Shown here one piece after another: positions 61,615-64,000 of a stretch of 64,000 bases of DNA. Made by a program: the position numbers and the translations under genes. The stretch is from Octopus sinensis (lineage: Eukaryota). The first letter of the stretch is position 1. Every line of letters begins with the position of its first letter. A model generated the notes under the pieces. It was not told the DNA's origin and did no database searches. It worked only from the letters and a program-made list of their open reading frames with translations. The DNA is taken from positions 54,002,001 through 54,066,000 of the forward strand of contig NC_043006.1 of the NCBI RefSeq assembly GCF_006345805.1, given 5' to 3'.

Positions 61615-62042
61615 TACTCTTTTATTCTTTTATTATTCTTTTACTTGTTTCAGGCATTTGACTACAGCGATGCTGGAAGCACCGCCTTTAGTCGAGCAAA
61701 TCGACCTCAGAACTTATTCTTTGGAAGCCTAGTACTTATTCTATCGGTCTCTTTAGCCGAACCGCTAAGTTACGGGGACGTAAACACACCAGCATCAGTT
61801 GTCAAGCGATATTGGGGGGACAAACACAGACACAAACATTAGACACACATACATATACAGATATATATATACATATATACGACGGGCTTCTTTCAGTTTC
61901 CGTCTACCAAATCCACTCACAAGGCTTTGGTCGGCCCGAGGCTATAGTAGAAGACACTTGCCCAATGTGCCACGCAGTGGGACTGAACCCAGAACTATGT
62001 GATTTGTAAGCAAGCTACTTACCACATACCCACTCCTACGTC
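61615..62042 (-). mobile_element. SINE family A, full length
   Basis: Complete tail, core and head. Confidence 0.9.
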
Positions 62043-62348
62043 TATATATATATATATATTTTTTTTTTTTTCAAAATAATGAAAGTAATGTATATCCGAT
62101 AATGAAAGCATTAATATTATTTTACTACTAATACCTATTTATTTATTACCCACAAGGGGCTAAACACAGAGGGGACAAACAAGGACAGACATAGGTATTA
62201 AGTCGATTACATCGACCCCAGTGCGTAACTGGTCTTGATGGCTTTTACACATTGTTTTAACAGACGACATTCACTGCCCGCCAAATTTTCTTGACGTAAA
62301 ATAAAAAAAGTTCCGTTAAAAAGTGACGCGTTCTGAGGCAAGCTTCAA

Positions 62349-62470
<122 letters not shown>

Positions 62471-63229
62471 ACGTCTCGTGACGGAGATAGACGTATGTAT
62501 ATACTAAATGATACACTGTCTTGCTGAATGGCGACGACGACGACTAAGAGTGTATCTTTGTGAATCGATGCATTCCACTTTTTAGAATCAGCTGTTTCTC
62601 TTAACCTCTTTCCTTCCAATCTCTCTCTCTCTCTTTACCTCACTCTTTCTCTCTCCCCTCTCTCGCTCTCTCTGCCTGTCTTGTTGCGTGTTTGTTTATC
62701 TCTCTGTCTGTCTGTCTATCTGACAGACCGTCTCTCAATGTATCAGCATTTTTTTTTCAATTCCCTTCAACTTCAATCTTTCTTTCATTCACTCACAGAT
62801 AAGCAAGATATGAATTAAATTAAAAAATGCAAAGCGTATTCATTCACAATTAGCTTTCCTTTCTGATCGAACTTTTTAAAACCTGTATCTTCTCACTCGC
62901 TTCACTCACCCAATCCCACTGCCCGGAACCCTAAACAATGGACATTTTTTTGAAGTCGTTCATAACTAAATCTCCAAATCACAAAACATTACCAGCTTTA
63001 AAAAGTGAACGCCACGTTGAACAATGCTTTTTAATTCCGTTTTGTTTTTAAATTACTCCTGAATGGGCCCGGGTGGGATGAGGGAGTTGTCTTGCCTGTC
63101 CATGACTTTCATGTGTAGACACCCATAGCTACGAGGGAGTCGTCCTCAAAGCGTTCCTTTTTAATTCGTAATTAAATATTTGTGTGTGTGTGTGTGCGCG
63201 CGTACGTATGTATGTATGGCTTTATACAT

Positions 63230-63420
63230 TGCTTTGTAGTAAGCTTTCTTCTCAACCTCATGGTTCCCGGTTCAGTCCCACTGCGTGGCACCTTGGGCAA
63301 GAGTCTTCTGCTATAGCCTCGGGCCGATCAAAGCCTTGTGATTGGATTTGGTAGACGGAAAATGAAAGAAGTCCGTCGTGTGTGTGTGTATGTCTCCACC
63401 AATACTTCAGAACCGGTGTT
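63230..63420 (+). mobile_element. SINE family A, partial
   Basis: GTTCCCGGTTCAGTCCCACTGCGTGGCACCTTGGGCAAG. Confidence 0.85.
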
Positions 63421-63499
63421 GGTGTGTTTGTGTCCGAGCTGTCACATGATTTGTGACAGAATTTGATGAACAGAAACTGGGCAGATGCCTATCGCATAT

Positions 63500-63657
63500 G
63501 AGTGGCTGTGTGGTAAGAAGCTTCCTTCCTAACCACATGGTTCTGGGTTCAGTTCCACTGAGTGGTCCCTTGTGCAAGTGTCTTCTACTATAGCCTCGGG
63601 CCGACCAAAGCCTTGTGAGTGGATTTGGTAGACGGAAACTGAAAGAAACCTGTCGTG

Positions 63658-63730
<73 letters not shown>

Positions 63731-63965
63731 GTGTGTGCTCGCGCGCGTATGTGTGTGTATAAATTTGTGTTTGTCCCCTGTCCATCGCTTGACAACCGAT
63801 GCTTGTGTGTTTACGTCCTCGTAACTTAGCGGTTCGGCAAAAGTTACCGATAGAATAAGCACCAGGTTTTTTTTTTTTTTAAATAAGTACTGGGGTCAAT
63901 ATATTCGACTAAAAATCGTCAAGGCGGCGCCCGGCATGGCCGCAGTCTAATGACTGAAACAAATA
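63500..63965 (+). mobile_element. SINE family A, full length
   Basis: Head, core, (TA)/(TG) tract and a tail ending TGACTGAAACAAATAAA. Confidence 0.9.
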
Positions 63966-64000
63966 AACTAATAAAATAATACATACATATCTTTTATCTC

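Overview
Eukaryotic, AT-rich, repeat-saturated DNA most consistent with an octopus (octopod cephalopod) genome, judged from the tRNA-derived SINE families and microsatellite load. I cannot identify any host gene with confidence; nearly all ORFs in the supplied track are translations of microsatellites. The window holds dozens of SINE copies in three families. It also holds decayed non-LTR elements (R4/Dong, CR1, RTE, L1-Tx1, Penelope-like termini), Tc1/mariner and hAT DNA transposons, MITEs, and one intact-ended non-autonomous Helitron. The most interesting observations are: (1) a 414-bp foldback whose two arms each carry a type I hammerhead ribozyme, one of several Penelope-like inverted termini; (2) a SINE variant whose repeat unit ends in the 3' terminus of the local L1-Tx1 LINE and forms head-to-tail multimers at a fixed junction; (3) a 1.1-kb GC-rich triplet-phased island that may be coding; and (4) a few low-confidence candidate exons. 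I see no firm evidence of a wholly new biological system. Family names come from motif recognition without database searches, and SINE and microsatellite boundaries are approximate.
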